Source of the DNA: a candidate division WS6 bacterium GW2011_GWF2_39_15
GTDB lineage: Bacteria; Patescibacteriota; Dojkabacteria; SC72
DNA: 64,000 nt
Assembly (NCBI GenBank): GCA_000993565.1
Contig: LBWK01000001.1
Span: 84,869-148,868, forward strand
Direction: 5' to 3'
Translations under genes and position numbers: made by a program
Part shown: positions 38,491 to 49,142 of the stretch, one piece after another
How the letters are laid out: the number at the start of each line of letters is the position of its first letter
How positions within the stretch are numbered: the stretch's first letter is position 1
The notes under the pieces: generated by a model
What the model was told of the DNA's origin: nothing
Databases searched by the model: none
Seen by the model: only the letters and a program-made list of their open reading frames with translations

Positions 38491-40465
38491 CGTTTAGATC
38501 CTTTATCTGGTCTCTAATTTCAGCAGCCTTTTCGAATTGAAGGTTGCTTGCATATAAATGCATCTTATCCTCAAGATCTTTAATAACTCTTTTGATCTCA
38601 CTTTTAGGAGGTTTGGCTCCCTTTATCCATTCTGAGTAATCAAATTCAAGCTCTTCTTCACTTTTCTCAACTAATCTATCTCTAATAGCTTTAATAATAC
38701 TTTGAGGCGTTATTCCCTTCTTTTTGTTATACTCTTCCTGATATTTACGCCTTCTTTGCGTTTCCGAAATGGCATACTTCATACTCTCAGTCAGAGAATC
38801 TGCATACATAATAACCCGACCCTCAACATGTCGTGCAGCTCTCCCAATTGTCTGAACCAGGCTGGTTTTAGATCTTAAGAATCCTTCCTTATCAGCATCT
38901 AAAATAATAACCAATGAGACTTCTGGCAGATCAATCCCCTCCCTTAACAGGTTTATACCGACTAAAACATCATACTCACCTAATCTTAAATCGCGAAGGA
39001 TATCGACTCTCTCAACAGTGTCAACATCTGAGTGAAGATATTGAACTTTAATATCAAGATCCCTTAGATATTCTGCAAGGTCTTCGGCCATCTTTTTTGT
39101 GAGAGTTGTGATTAGGACGCGCTGTTTCTTCTCTATATTCTTTCTAACTTCCTCAATAACATCATCAATTTGATTATTTGTAGGACGAATATCTACCTTA
39201 GGATCTAAAAGTCCCGTAGGACGTGTCAGAAGCTCTGTGAGAGACCCTTTAGAATCAGTGATCTCCCATTCGTCAGGGGTAGCAGAGTAGTAGATTGTGT
39301 TTCCCTGTTTAGACTGAAACTCACTAAACTTTAAAGGTCTATTATCTTTTGCAGAAGGTAATCTGAAACCGTATTCAACAAGATTGTCTTTCCTAGCACT
39401 GTCACCGTTGTACATACCCCTTACCTGAGGAATAGTAATATGAGACTCATCTACAAATAGGAGGTAGTCTTTAGGAAAGTAGTCAAGAAGAGTATACGGA
39501 GGATCTCCGGCAGATCTACCGTCGAAGTATATAGAGTAATTTTCCATGCTTTTACAAAATCCTACCTCTCTAATCATTTCCATGTCGTATCGAGTTTTTT
39601 GCAAAAGCCTGTGAGCCTCCAATTCCTTACCAATACTTCTTAAAAAGGAAACTCTATCATTCAGATCTTTTTCGATTTTAACAAGAGCACCTTCAATAAC
39701 ATCATTACCGTAAACAAGCGACGTTGCAGGATATATTTCAACTTCATCAATCTCCTTTATTTTATGTGTTGAGATAGCATCTATATATGAAATCCTCTCA
39801 ATAGTATTTCCCCAAAACTCAACTCTAACAGGGAAATCATCATAAGGCATAAAAACATCAACAATGTCACCTTTGACTCTGAATGAACCTGGAACGAAAT
39901 CTTCTCCCTGTCTGTTATATCTCATTAATGTTAAGTCCATGGATATCTTGGATAGCTCTATCTCTTCGCCTCTCCTAAGTGTTAAAGCCTTGTTTTCATA
40001 GTTATCGGGGCTCCCAATATTATATATACACGATACTGATGCCACTACAATTGTATCCCTTCTCGTCACGGCAGCATTCATTGCTGAAAATCTCAGCCTC
40101 TCAATCTGTTGATTCACCTCTGACTCTTTCTCAATATACAGGTCACGGTTCGGAATATACGCTTCCGGCTGATAATAGTCATAGTATGATACGAAATACT
40201 TGACGGCATTGTCAGGAAAGAATTCTTTGAACTCTTCATATAGCTGTGCCGCTAGTGTTTTGTTATGTGAAAGGATAAGTGCAGGTCGATTAAGCTCCTT
40301 AATGATATTAGCCATTACATATGTTTTTCCAGAACCAGTTACTCCCAAAAGAACTTGCCTTTCATTACCCTTTTCAACATTTGATTTTAGGTTTTCAATC
40401 GCAATTTGTTGGTCTTTAGAAGGTGAGTATTTTGATTGTAGGTTAAAGGGATTATCTTTTCTCAT
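38483..40465 (-). CDS. uvrB: Excinuclease ABC subunit B
   Basis: LGVTGSGKT, YFVSYYDYYQPEAY, DESH, GINLLREG, FEKAAEIRD. Confidence 0.98.
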   Translation of the reverse strand: MRKDNPFNLQSKYSPSKDQQIAIENLKSNVEKGNERQVLLGVTGSGKTYVMANIIKELNRPALILSHNKTLAAQLYEEFKEFFPDNAVKYFVSYYDYYQPEAYIPNRDLYIEKESEVNQQIERLRFSAMNAAVTRRDTIVVASVSCIYNIGSPDNYENKALTLRRGEEIELSKISMDLTLMRYNRQGEDFVPGSFRVKGDIVDVFMPYDDFPVRVEFWGNTIERISYIDAISTHKIKEIDEVEIYPATSLVYGNDVIEGALVKIEKDLNDRVSFLRSIGKELEAHRLLQKTRYDMEMIREVGFCKSMENYSIYFDGRSAGDPPYTLLDYFPKDYLLFVDESHITIPQVRGMYNGDSARKDNLVEYGFRLPSAKDNRPLKFSEFQSKQGNTIYYSATPDEWEITDSKGSLTELLTRPTGLLDPKVDIRPTNNQIDDVIEEVRKNIEKKQRVLITTLTKKMAEDLAEYLRDLDIKVQYLHSDVDTVERVDILRDLRLGEYDVLVGINLLREGIDLPEVSLVIILDADKEGFLRSKTSLVQTIGRAARHVEGRVIMYADSLTESMKYAISETQRRRKYQEEYNKKKGITPQSIIKAIRDRLVEKSEEELEFDYSEWIKGAKPPKSEIKRVIKDLEDKMHLYASNLQFEKAAEIRDQIKDLNAI

Positions 40466-40471
40466 TCTTTA

Positions 40472-40477
40472 ATTATA
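40472..40477 (-). promoter_or_regulatory. -10 box TATAAT 6 nt upstream of the uvrB ATG (leaderless-type promoter)
   Basis: Minus strand reads AGG-TATAAT-TAAAGA-ATG. Confidence 0.55.
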
Positions 40478-40494
40478 CCTTAAAAAGGGTAGCC

Positions 40495-41052
40495 ATGCTT
40501 CAAATGATGTATTATAATACTGATACTATGTTAGGAGATCAATTTGTACGAGAACCAAAAGAACGACCAGTTGAAGCATCAGAAGTAGAATCATTACTTT
40601 TGGGATCTTCTGTGTATGTATGCCCAGCTGACGAGATCAGTGCTTCTGCGATAAGTTCCTTTTTCAATGAGGCAGAACTTAAGGAAATATTTGCATCACC
40701 CTTATTAAAACAGGGTGGTGTTATTGTTATCTGGAGAGGGATACTTTCAGTTCCATTTGGTATGGAAAAAGGTATTGTGAGGCTCAACACAAGATATCAA
40801 AACAATGAAACAACAGCCAATTTACATGGAGGAGAGCTTATAACCGATGTTGTACGGGATACGGAAAGTGGTAGAATCTTTAGATATAGCAATTTATTTC
40901 ATGACCAATACCCTGAATCTCCACACGGAGAATCCAATACTCAGCCATTAGGCAAAGTCTCACAATTGAGACATGCTATACTTATTAGGTCAGAAGTAAC
41001 CAATAGGCTTTTTGAACTAAATGAGATGATAAGGATTAGCCAAGATGCATGA
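40495..41052 (+). CDS. Hypothetical protein (start may be ATG 40528)
   Basis: Open frame overlapping the HIT gene start; TATAAT at 40513-40518. Confidence 0.55.
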   Translation: MLQMMYYNTDTMLGDQFVREPKERPVEASEVESLLLGSSVYVCPADEISASAISSFFNEAELKEIFASPLLKQGGVIVIWRGILSVPFGMEKGIVRLNTRYQNNETTANLHGGELITDVVRDTESGRIFRYSNLFHDQYPESPHGESNTQPLGKVSQLRHAILIRSEVTNRLFELNEMIRISQDA

Positions 41053-41476
41053 TCCAAGCTGCATATTCTGTAAAATTGTAAAAGGAGATATACCTTCATA
41101 TAAAATATATGAAGACGATAAATTTCTAGCCTTTCTAGATATCGCACAGTTTGTAGAAGGACACACCCTGCTTATCCCTAAAGAACATTTTGAGTTCGTA
41201 TGGGATATCACATATATCGGTGAATATTATAAAACAGCAAAGCAGATATCAGACCATTTCAGAAAGAGATTAGGTTATAAATATGTTGACAGTGCTACAT
41301 TTGGAAGGGATGTACCTCATGCACATTTACATCTGATACCTCATAACGAGACCGGTACTGACTGGGAGAAAGCCTTAAAAGAAATAGGTAATATGCAAAA
41401 GGATAGTTCAAGAAGAATAAATCCCAGTGAAGGTTCAATCCTTATAGAGAAATTTAGATTGAGTAGAATTACTTAG
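41045..41476 (+). CDS. HIT family nucleotide hydrolase
   Basis: CIFCKIVKGDIP, GHTLLIPKEH, VPHAHLHLIP. Confidence 0.93.
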   Translation: MHDPSCIFCKIVKGDIPSYKIYEDDKFLAFLDIAQFVEGHTLLIPKEHFEFVWDITYIGEYYKTAKQISDHFRKRLGYKYVDSATFGRDVPHAHLHLIPHNETGTDWEKALKEIGNMQKDSSRRINPSEGSILIEKFRLSRIT

Positions 41477-41844
41477 TTTAATTCCACGAATTGGTAAGGT
41501 AGATTACTTTTTGGCCTATTAGTTATTTCAACAAAAATTATTGGGCTCGTTTCTGCTGATTTTAAGTATAACGTAAGCCCCATTCGAGAACTTAAATCGA
41601 AGTTATCTAGCAAAAAAGCTCTATTAGATTGTGCCCAGCCCTTACTTAAAGCAAGTGCTTCTATTCCGTCCTTCAATGCAGTCACATCATCAGTTAATCT
41701 CGTCTCAAGTAGCTGCAATTCCTTCGGAAGAGTACCTCTATTTTGCGGCTGTCCTTTAGCATATTCAATCATCGTAGCAGCTCTCGAAGCAAATTCACTC
41801 CATATCGTTTCAGTAGTGTTGGAATACTCTTTTGTTTCAACCAT
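41473..41844 (-). CDS. Hypothetical protein
   Basis: 123-aa ORF with TATAAT and an AT-rich leader upstream. Confidence 0.55.
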   Translation of the reverse strand: MVETKEYSNTTETIWSEFASRAATMIEYAKGQPQNRGTLPKELQLLETRLTDDVTALKDGIEALALSKGWAQSNRAFLLDNFDLSSRMGLTLYLKSAETSPIIFVEITNRPKSNLPYQFVELN

Positions 41845-41909
41845 TTGTATAAATAATACTAATTTAATTAGGGTTCTAATTATACTAAAAATGGCGTAAA
41901 ATGGGTAAT

Positions 41910-43721
41910 ATGATTAAAGATGTCAGAAAATTGCCACAGGAGTTAATCAATCAAATTGCTGCTGGTGAGGTTATAGAACGCCCGGCATCTATTGTCAAGG
42001 AGTTGGTTGATAACTCTATAGATGCAGGAGCGAAAAGTATAAAAATCAAGTTAGAGGAAGGCGGAACTAAAAGTATAGAGATCATTGATGACGGCTTCGG
42101 AATATCGAAGGAAAATCTCTCCAAAGCATTTGAGGCTCATACGACAAGCAAAATAGAGACCTTTGATGATTTAAATAATGTCATCACAATGGGATTCAGA
42201 GGTGAAGCACTCTCCACAGTTGTTTCAGTATCAAGAGTAAAAGCAGTCTCTAAAGCTAAAAGTGCTGAATTCGGTTACGAGATCTCATTTGATGGAATTA
42301 CTCCACAACCTATTCAAAAATCACCCAAAGATAAAGGGACTTCAATTACTGTAACAGACCTTTTCTATAACATTCCTGCACGGAAAAAGTTCTTAAAAAC
42401 CCCTGAAACTGAATACCGAAAGATTCTAGAAATTCTCTACCCTTATTTCATGCTATATAACAATATACACTGGACTGTCATAAAAAACGGTAAGGAATCA
42501 TTAAATCTCACTCCAGTAGATTCAGCTTTTAAACTCTCGAAAGACCGTATACAGGCAGTACTGAAGAGTGATTTCATTTCCCGCATGTTTGAGTTTTCGT
42601 CTGAAGGCAATGGAATGAAGATTGCGGGTTTTGCAGGGCATCCAAAGGATAACTTTGAAAAGACCGCTCACCAATATATATTTATCAACAATAGACCGAT
42701 TTGGGACTTTGGTATCGCCAAATCAATACGAAATGCCTATTCAAGATTCATACCTCAAACACAAAAGATTCCATTTGTTATCTCAATTCAGATGCCTACT
42801 AATCAGGTAGATGTAAATGTACACCCTAGAAAGGAAGAGGTGAGATTCGAAAACCCCTTTAGAGTATATTCACTTGTAGAAGAAGCTGTTACAACAGCAT
42901 TAAGTAAGGTTGTAAGGCAAGAAAATCAAATAAACTCTCCATACTTCTCACCCTCCACTCATTTTAACTCCCTAAAAGATTCCTCTGCCAAAAGTTATCA
43001 ACCTCAAGCTATGTTCGGAAGCAGCGGAGAGAGTAGGGATATAAGATTCGATAAAAAGCCAAAAGATTTCAGCATTAAACAAAGCCTAGAATTCTCAAGG
43101 GAGATAATTGAGTCAAAGAATGAGCCATCATCTCAACTAAATACTGATGTCAGGAATACTTTCCAAATTTTTAATAAGTATATTATTCTTGAAACACAGG
43201 ATGAGCTGATAATTGTGGACCAGCATGCTGCAGCGGAAAGGATAAACTTTGAAAAACTTGAGGCAAGTATCGAGAATAGAAATATGGATATACAAAATAT
43301 GTTAGTGCCAATTGATATTACCTTATCTGATTCCGAAAAGTCATACCTTAGGGAGAACAGGGATTTCTTTGAAAGTTTGGGCTTTAGATTTACACTATCA
43401 GACTCTACAATTGGTATCACTGCCATCCCCGCAATATTCACAAACGTGAATATCGAAGAGCTTTTCAGATCAGTTTGGGATCTTTCCTCTGAGGAAAGGG
43501 ATATATCAAAATCATTTGAAAATGCCAAGCAGAATATACTGGCAACACTTGCTTGTCATGGAAGTATAAGAAAAGGACAACCAGTATCACCTGCAGAGGG
43601 AAACCAACTATACGGGGACCTTATGAAATGCAAAAATCCCTACAGCTGCCCACACGGTAGACCAGCAGTGTGGAAACTGAAACTCAGTGAAATAGATACT
43701 AATTTTTACCGGACATATTAA
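41910..43721 (+). CDS. mutL: DNA mismatch repair endonuclease MutL (track start 41901)
   Basis: IAAGEVIERPASIVKEL, GFRGEAL, DVNVHP, DQHAAAERINFE, ACH, CPHGRP. Confidence 0.97.
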   Translation: MIKDVRKLPQELINQIAAGEVIERPASIVKELVDNSIDAGAKSIKIKLEEGGTKSIEIIDDGFGISKENLSKAFEAHTTSKIETFDDLNNVITMGFRGEALSTVVSVSRVKAVSKAKSAEFGYEISFDGITPQPIQKSPKDKGTSITVTDLFYNIPARKKFLKTPETEYRKILEILYPYFMLYNNIHWTVIKNGKESLNLTPVDSAFKLSKDRIQAVLKSDFISRMFEFSSEGNGMKIAGFAGHPKDNFEKTAHQYIFINNRPIWDFGIAKSIRNAYSRFIPQTQKIPFVISIQMPTNQVDVNVHPRKEEVRFENPFRVYSLVEEAVTTALSKVVRQENQINSPYFSPSTHFNSLKDSSAKSYQPQAMFGSSGESRDIRFDKKPKDFSIKQSLEFSREIIESKNEPSSQLNTDVRNTFQIFNKYIILETQDELIIVDQHAAAERINFEKLEASIENRNMDIQNMLVPIDITLSDSEKSYLRENRDFFESLGFRFTLSDSTIGITAIPAIFTNVNIEELFRSVWDLSSEERDISKSFENAKQNILATLACHGSIRKGQPVSPAEGNQLYGDLMKCKNPYSCPHGRPAVWKLKLSEIDTNFYRTY

Positions 43722-44422
43722 TGGAGAAAGGCAAATTATACCTCATTCCTACGTCCCTCTCCGGAATGCCCCTAGTTGATGTGTATCCTGAAAATATCTT
43801 AACTATTATTAGAGAGATTAAGACTTTTGTAGTTGAGACACCTAAAATCGGACGATCTTTTTTAAAAGGACTGTACAAAGACGTAAAGATCTTTGATTTA
43901 AAATTTTATACCCTTAATGAAAATATAAGACAGATCAGTCCAATAATTTATGACTTAAAAAGCGGTCATGACATTGGAGTTATAAGTGATGCAGGAGCAC
44001 CAGGAATAGGGGATATGGGAACTGACTTGGTTTTTGAAGCACAGAGAAATGAAATTAACGTTATACCTATTGTAGGACCGTCCGCAATAATGCTTGCTAT
44101 AATGGCCTCTGGCCTATCAGGACAATCATTTGCCTTCAACGGATACCTACCTAAAGAGCAGGAAGCAAGAGTAAAAAAGATTAAGCAATTAGAAGAAGCT
44201 TCTCATAAACTTAATCAGGCACAAGTGTTTATAGAAACACCATACAGAGCCCAATATGTTTACGAGGATATAATAAAGTCGTGTAAAGACAATACCTACC
44301 TCTCTCTGTCCGTAGATTTAACCGATGAAAAGGGCTTCTCAAAGACAAAAAGAGCAGGTGAGTGGAAAAAAGAAAATGTTGATATAAGCAAAAGACAGGT
44401 AGTATTTATTATTCAAAAGTAA
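43721..44422 (+). CDS. RsmI-like SAM-dependent methyltransferase (tetrapyrrole methylase fold)
   Basis: GKLYLIPT, SDAGAPGIGD, GPSAIMLAIMASG, FNGYLP, FIETPYR. Confidence 0.85.
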   Translation: MEKGKLYLIPTSLSGMPLVDVYPENILTIIREIKTFVVETPKIGRSFLKGLYKDVKIFDLKFYTLNENIRQISPIIYDLKSGHDIGVISDAGAPGIGDMGTDLVFEAQRNEINVIPIVGPSAIMLAIMASGLSGQSFAFNGYLPKEQEARVKKIKQLEEASHKLNQAQVFIETPYRAQYVYEDIIKSCKDNTYLSLSVDLTDEKGFSKTKRAGEWKKENVDISKRQVVFIIQK

Positions 44423-44436
44423 CTAAAGAAGCCGTT

Positions 44437-45342
44437 ATGACGATAAGAGGAAGATACGCACCAAAAATTTCTGGTTTTAAGTATCTATCTTCTCCTATTA
44501 AAAAGTATGACTTCATATCCGAAGGTTTTATATATAATGCCGCTGAAAGAAGCATTCACGGACAGTTTTTTCATAAAGGTATAGACTATTCAGCTCCATA
44601 TGGTACACCAGTGTATGCTGCAGCTGCCGGGTATGCTGTAGCAAGTTATCATAGGTTCCCTGTACTCAGGTCTGATTTCACAATACAGATTTTGGATGGG
44701 AAGCCATTAGGAAATGGATTAGGGTATTTTGTACAAATATATCATCCCGAAAACATATCCGGGGTAAAAGGCGGAAGAATTACACAGTACGGGCATCTAA
44801 GCTATATTATAAATAAACTGGACGTAAAATTAACTCAAGTTCAAAAGATTAACTTGCTGGATAGAATAAAGAAAGTAAATGATGCAAAGGTAAAAAACGG
44901 ACTTAGTAATGAAAAATTGAATCGTGTCTTGGACCAGCAGGAGAAAATAATGAGATCATACCCATGGGTTCAAACATATCATGGCTACAATTTTTCCAAA
45001 GATTTAGGCGAGCGAGAAAGCTATTTATATTCCCCAACAGAATTAGCGTTTCTATATGAAAAAAGATCTCCCTTTGTTAAATATGTAGAGCAAGGGGAAG
45101 AAATCGGTAGAGTTGGAGCATCAGCGTTGTTACAAGGGAAACCCAGTTACTCTGAATATGAGATACACCCGTCAATTACAGAACCAAAAGTTGTGTGGGA
45201 TGAGTACCATCTTCATTTTGAAGAAGCAGACAGGGATTGGAATAGCGGGAGAAAAGGGCTTCAAAGAGATCCATACAATATTTATAAAACAAGCAAATGG
45301 TACTTAATCAAGGAAAATCTCAAAAGCTCCTTATTCGTATAA
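44437..45342 (+). CDS. M23 family metallopeptidase
   Basis: HKGIDY, GTPVYAAAAG, YGHLS, VEQGEEIGRVG, HLHFE. Confidence 0.85.
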   Translation: MTIRGRYAPKISGFKYLSSPIKKYDFISEGFIYNAAERSIHGQFFHKGIDYSAPYGTPVYAAAAGYAVASYHRFPVLRSDFTIQILDGKPLGNGLGYFVQIYHPENISGVKGGRITQYGHLSYIINKLDVKLTQVQKINLLDRIKKVNDAKVKNGLSNEKLNRVLDQQEKIMRSYPWVQTYHGYNFSKDLGERESYLYSPTELAFLYEKRSPFVKYVEQGEEIGRVGASALLQGKPSYSEYEIHPSITEPKVVWDEYHLHFEEADRDWNSGRKGLQRDPYNIYKTSKWYLIKENLKSSLFV

Positions 45343-45355
45343 GTAAAAAGGTTAC

Positions 45356-46051
45356 TTACTTGTAATATTCAATCTTTTCAGGCAACTTTCCTTTAAGGAT
45401 AAACTTACCCTCCTTTATTTTAAACTGTTCAATCTTATACTTGCTATCTGGTGAAAGTCTCTCGCTTACAAAGTTATTAACTTCTCCTGCATACTTATTT
45501 ATAGTATCTGAAGGGATACTTAAAAAGGAGACTCTCACGGATGACAAATCGGCATTCACACTGTTATTAAGTATCTCAACCTTTCCTTTAAGATACACAG
45601 GAAAGCTGCCTCCAAAAGGCTTAATATATTTAGAAACAGTATCAACAAGTGACTGTGGAACTCCAGTTGCAGAAGCATAACCTAATGCCCGCGTTACGCT
45701 AAATGTTCCTGAATACTCAAAACTATCATCGGAATTAATCTTCACGCTTGAGTTTGTCAAAGGTGCATATTTCCATGAGTCTGCCCAATGATTCATTGCC
45801 GCAGTAGCCTCAACATTAGTTATATCTGAGTCAACCTCTTTAACCCCAGAGTTCGCAATACTATTAGCCGGCTGTATCTCACCTTCAATATCTACAATTT
45901 TAGCTGTATAACCGAGTTTTTGTGTAAGTCCGTCATAATCTTTCTGAGAATAGTTTACGGATACGGTTTTAGGCTTAAGAAAATTCTTAACACCAGCTAC
46001 AGCTACGACTATAACAGCGACAATAACAAGCAGAATTATGACTTTTTTCAT
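45356..46051 (-). CDS. Hypothetical membrane-anchored protein
   Basis: N-terminal signal anchor; beta-rich body. Confidence 0.65.
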   Translation of the reverse strand: MKKVIILLVIVAVIVVAVAGVKNFLKPKTVSVNYSQKDYDGLTQKLGYTAKIVDIEGEIQPANSIANSGVKEVDSDITNVEATAAMNHWADSWKYAPLTNSSVKINSDDSFEYSGTFSVTRALGYASATGVPQSLVDTVSKYIKPFGGSFPVYLKGKVEILNNSVNADLSSVRVSFLSIPSDTINKYAGEVNNFVSERLSPDSKYKIEQFKIKEGKFILKGKLPEKIEYYK

Positions 46052-46165
46052 CAGTATGTACGTTATATATTATCACCTCAATCTTATACCTATTCGTCAT
46101 GCAATTAAAGAGATGAAAAATCTGATAGTTGAATATTGCCTTAGAAAGTACTAATCTGTAGAGAC

Positions 46166-46831
46166 ATGATTAAAGCCAGTGATCTTAAGAAAACATACAA
46201 ATTGAATAAGAAGGTAGAGGTTCACGCCTTAAATGATATAAATTTCTCAATCCCTGAGGGAAGCAGTGTTGCAATTGTTGGGCCTTCAGGATCCGGAAAA
46301 TCAACCCTTCTGAATATTCTTGGTGGTCTGGATACAGACTATAAGGGAGAGATTCTTGTTGATGGAAAGGATATAAAAAAGTATGACACTAACTACTACA
46401 GAAGACATATTGTAGGCACTATTTTCCAGCAGTTCAACCTTGTCTCATCATTGAGCGTAACGGAAAACATATTATTGCCTATTACTTTTGGAAAACAATT
46501 TGATAAACAGCATGTAAAAGAAAGATTAAACTACCTTCTTGATACATTGGGGTTAAAAGATAGGGCTGAACATAAACCAACAGAACTTTCAGGAGGACAG
46601 TCACAGCGGGTAGCAATTGCCAGAGCCCTTATTGCTCAACCTAAGATAATTCTTGCAGATGAGCCAACAGGAAACCTGGACTCCAAAACGGGTAAAGAGA
46701 TCGTTAATATCCTTTTTAAACTAAATAAAGAAGAAGGTACAACACTAATTATTGTTACACACGACCCAGAATTGTTTAATAATGTTAATAAACAGATACA
46801 TTTAAGAGACGGTAAAATTATCGACAGATAA
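46166..46831 (+). CDS. ABC transporter ATP-binding protein (LolD/MacB type)
   Basis: GPSGSGKST, LSGGQSQRVAIARAL, DEPTGNLD. Confidence 0.95.
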   Translation: MIKASDLKKTYKLNKKVEVHALNDINFSIPEGSSVAIVGPSGSGKSTLLNILGGLDTDYKGEILVDGKDIKKYDTNYYRRHIVGTIFQQFNLVSSLSVTENILLPITFGKQFDKQHVKERLNYLLDTLGLKDRAEHKPTELSGGQSQRVAIARALIAQPKIILADEPTGNLDSKTGKEIVNILFKLNKEEGTTLIIVTHDPELFNNVNKQIHLRDGKIIDR

Positions 46832-46833
46832 CT

Positions 46834-48108
46834 ATGTTTAAATACGCCCTTAGCTTGGTGCTAAGAAGAAAATTGAGAACAGTTTTAACAAGCCTTGGTA
46901 TTACTATCGCGGTATTTCTCATAAGTTTTATAGTTTTTGGAATGCAAGATCTACAGAAAGTTCTTGTAGATCAGTTCAATAGAGTATTAAAACCGAATGA
47001 AGTAATAGTTGCAAAAGAATCGCCTTTCAGTATGTTTGGTACTACATCAACCTATGATCAGAAGGAAGAAAAGGAAGTAATTATGGATGATAATGTAGTT
47101 AAAAAGATAAACGACCTTAAATATGTCGAGAAAATCTCAAGGATGACTGTTCTAATGGGGCAACAGATAACATTGGATGATAAAAAGGTTCCATATCCGC
47201 AGGCTATGATGGCAGGCTGGGAGGCAAGCCCGGAGAGTTCGTACTTCACCGAATTCATTGGTGACGTTGAGAGTCAGGAAGACGGTCTTCTCTGGGTTTC
47301 GACATCATTCGCAAAGTTCTACAAAGAAGATCCTGAGAGTCTAATAGGACGCAGTGTGACACTTGAACCATCTGCTTCATCATTAATATCAAATAAGTCA
47401 AAGAGCATTATCGGCAAGAAGTTTACATTTAAAATATCAGGAGTCTTTAATCCAGGCCAGGATAAAAATGATGCGGTGCTCACAATCAATGATAGTATAA
47501 AAGTATTAAGCAGTTTAGGAGGCTTTACTGATAGTGCCGACTACATTGAGCATATAGGCTATGACGATCTTTATGTGACAGTAAACTCAGAGAAGGTAAA
47601 AGAGTTTAAAAAGTATGTCCAGGATGAATTTCACTATCAAACGTTTACAGCCGATGATATCCTATCAATACTCGGTAGTATTACTCAGGGACTGACAATT
47701 GCTTTAGTCATGTTCGGGCTTGTATCAGGGCTTGTAGCTGGCATTGGAATCATTAACACAATGATTATGAGTATTTATGAACAGACTAAAGAGATAGGCA
47801 TTATTAAGGCAATTGGTGCTTCCAATTCACAGGTATTAAGTATCTTCCTAATTCAATCAGGCTTTATAGGAATGTTTGGCGGAGTGATGGGATTAGCCCT
47901 TATTTTCCTCATTATGAAAGCAACAGATTCACTTGTTGTCGAGCAGCTTAAAAACGCAGGCTTTACAACAACATCATTCTTCAATTTTGATATAAAAATT
48001 GCATTAGGTATAACAATTGCTAGCATACTTGTAGGAATCATATCTGGGATTTACCCAGCTACCAGAGCAGCGAAATTAGACCCAATCAAGGCTCTTAGAT
48101 ACGAGTAA
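46834..48108 (+). CDS. ABC transporter permease (MacB/FtsX type)
   Basis: RTVLTSLGI, GIINTMIMSIYEQTKEIGIIKAIGA, PATRAAKLDPIKALRYE. Confidence 0.93.
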   Translation: MFKYALSLVLRRKLRTVLTSLGITIAVFLISFIVFGMQDLQKVLVDQFNRVLKPNEVIVAKESPFSMFGTTSTYDQKEEKEVIMDDNVVKKINDLKYVEKISRMTVLMGQQITLDDKKVPYPQAMMAGWEASPESSYFTEFIGDVESQEDGLLWVSTSFAKFYKEDPESLIGRSVTLEPSASSLISNKSKSIIGKKFTFKISGVFNPGQDKNDAVLTINDSIKVLSSLGGFTDSADYIEHIGYDDLYVTVNSEKVKEFKKYVQDEFHYQTFTADDILSILGSITQGLTIALVMFGLVSGLVAGIGIINTMIMSIYEQTKEIGIIKAIGASNSQVLSIFLIQSGFIGMFGGVMGLALIFLIMKATDSLVVEQLKNAGFTTTSFFNFDIKIALGITIASILVGIISGIYPATRAAKLDPIKALRYE

Positions 48109-48705
48109 TTAAGAATTAATTCTTAGCAGGACGTTTTCCCAGTTAACCACACTCCACCAGTTTTCAATATATTTAGCCCTGTCATTTTGATAGCCCAAAT
48201 AGTAGGCGTGCTCCCAAAGATCATTAACAAGTACGGGTTTTAAACAGCCAATACCCAGCATATTATGACTTTGAACTTGTGTTATAAGAAGATTACTTTT
48301 ATCGTCCCTAACTAACATTACCCACCCGGACCCTTCCAACTGTTTGCTGACCTCACTGAACTCCTTCGTAAACATCTCGAAAGAACCGAAGTTTTTATTT
48401 ATCATCAACTCTAGCTCTTTCGGTACTTTATTCATCTTTTCGTAAGCCTTCATATTTGTCCAAAAGATCTCATGGAGCAGATGGCCATTTAAATGAAAAC
48501 TTAGATCCTTAAGTACTGATCTGTAGTTGATCTCCACTTCTCCTTTTCGGGCTTTTTCAAGGGTCTCCAAAGCCGCATTTGCACCGTTTACATATGCCTG
48601 ATGATGCTTATCATGATGTAGTTTCATTATCTCAGAGGAGATTATCGGTTCAAGTGCATCAAATGAATAGGGGAGCGGAGGTAGTTCATACCTTACATTT
48701 ACCAT
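48109..48705 (-). CDS. sod: Fe/Mn superoxide dismutase
   Basis: LPPLPY..ALEP, HHDKHH, DLWEHAYY, WWSVVNW. Confidence 0.97.
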   Translation of the reverse strand: MVNVRYELPPLPYSFDALEPIISSEIMKLHHDKHHQAYVNGANAALETLEKARKGEVEINYRSVLKDLSFHLNGHLLHEIFWTNMKAYEKMNKVPKELELMINKNFGSFEMFTKEFSEVSKQLEGSGWVMLVRDDKSNLLITQVQSHNMLGIGCLKPVLVNDLWEHAYYLGYQNDRAKYIENWWSVVNWENVLLRINS

Positions 48706-48744
48706 CGTATTAGAAATACTAAATTTAATTAATTATATAAGTAA

Positions 48745-49059
48745 TTAATTAGCTAGCTTCTCTATTACATACTGGCTGAAGTCGGAAATACCGGTACCGA
48801 ACTGTTTGCTTGGAAATAGATATATATTTTTACCCTTCCTCTTTGACTCAACGAGCCCTGCCTGCATAAGAGCCTTAACATGGTTAGAAACTGTTGGCTG
48901 AGGAATACGAAGCATCTTAGATATCCTGGTTACACAGTTGTCTGAGATATCATCACAATCCATACATGACTCGCATGCTGTATCAAGGATATCTAGAAAT
49001 ATTTTAAACCTGACTGGGTTAGAGAGTACTCTGAAGTACTTGGACATTTTGTTATTCAT
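48745..49059 (-). CDS. ArsR/SmtB family regulator with Cys-rich insert (track start TTG 49080)
   Basis: FRVLSNPVRFKI, CESCMDC...NCV, PQPTVSNHVKALMQAGLV. Confidence 0.88.
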   Translation of the reverse strand: MNNKMSKYFRVLSNPVRFKIFLDILDTACESCMDCDDISDNCVTRISKMLRIPQPTVSNHVKALMQAGLVESKRKGKNIYLFPSKQFGTGISDFSQYVIEKLAN

Positions 49060-49142
49060 ATATTGGAATTGTATAGTCAAAAAGATGTTTTGGCAAGTAT
49101 TATGATATAGTTTAGATATATAATTTAAGTATTTAATTAGCT

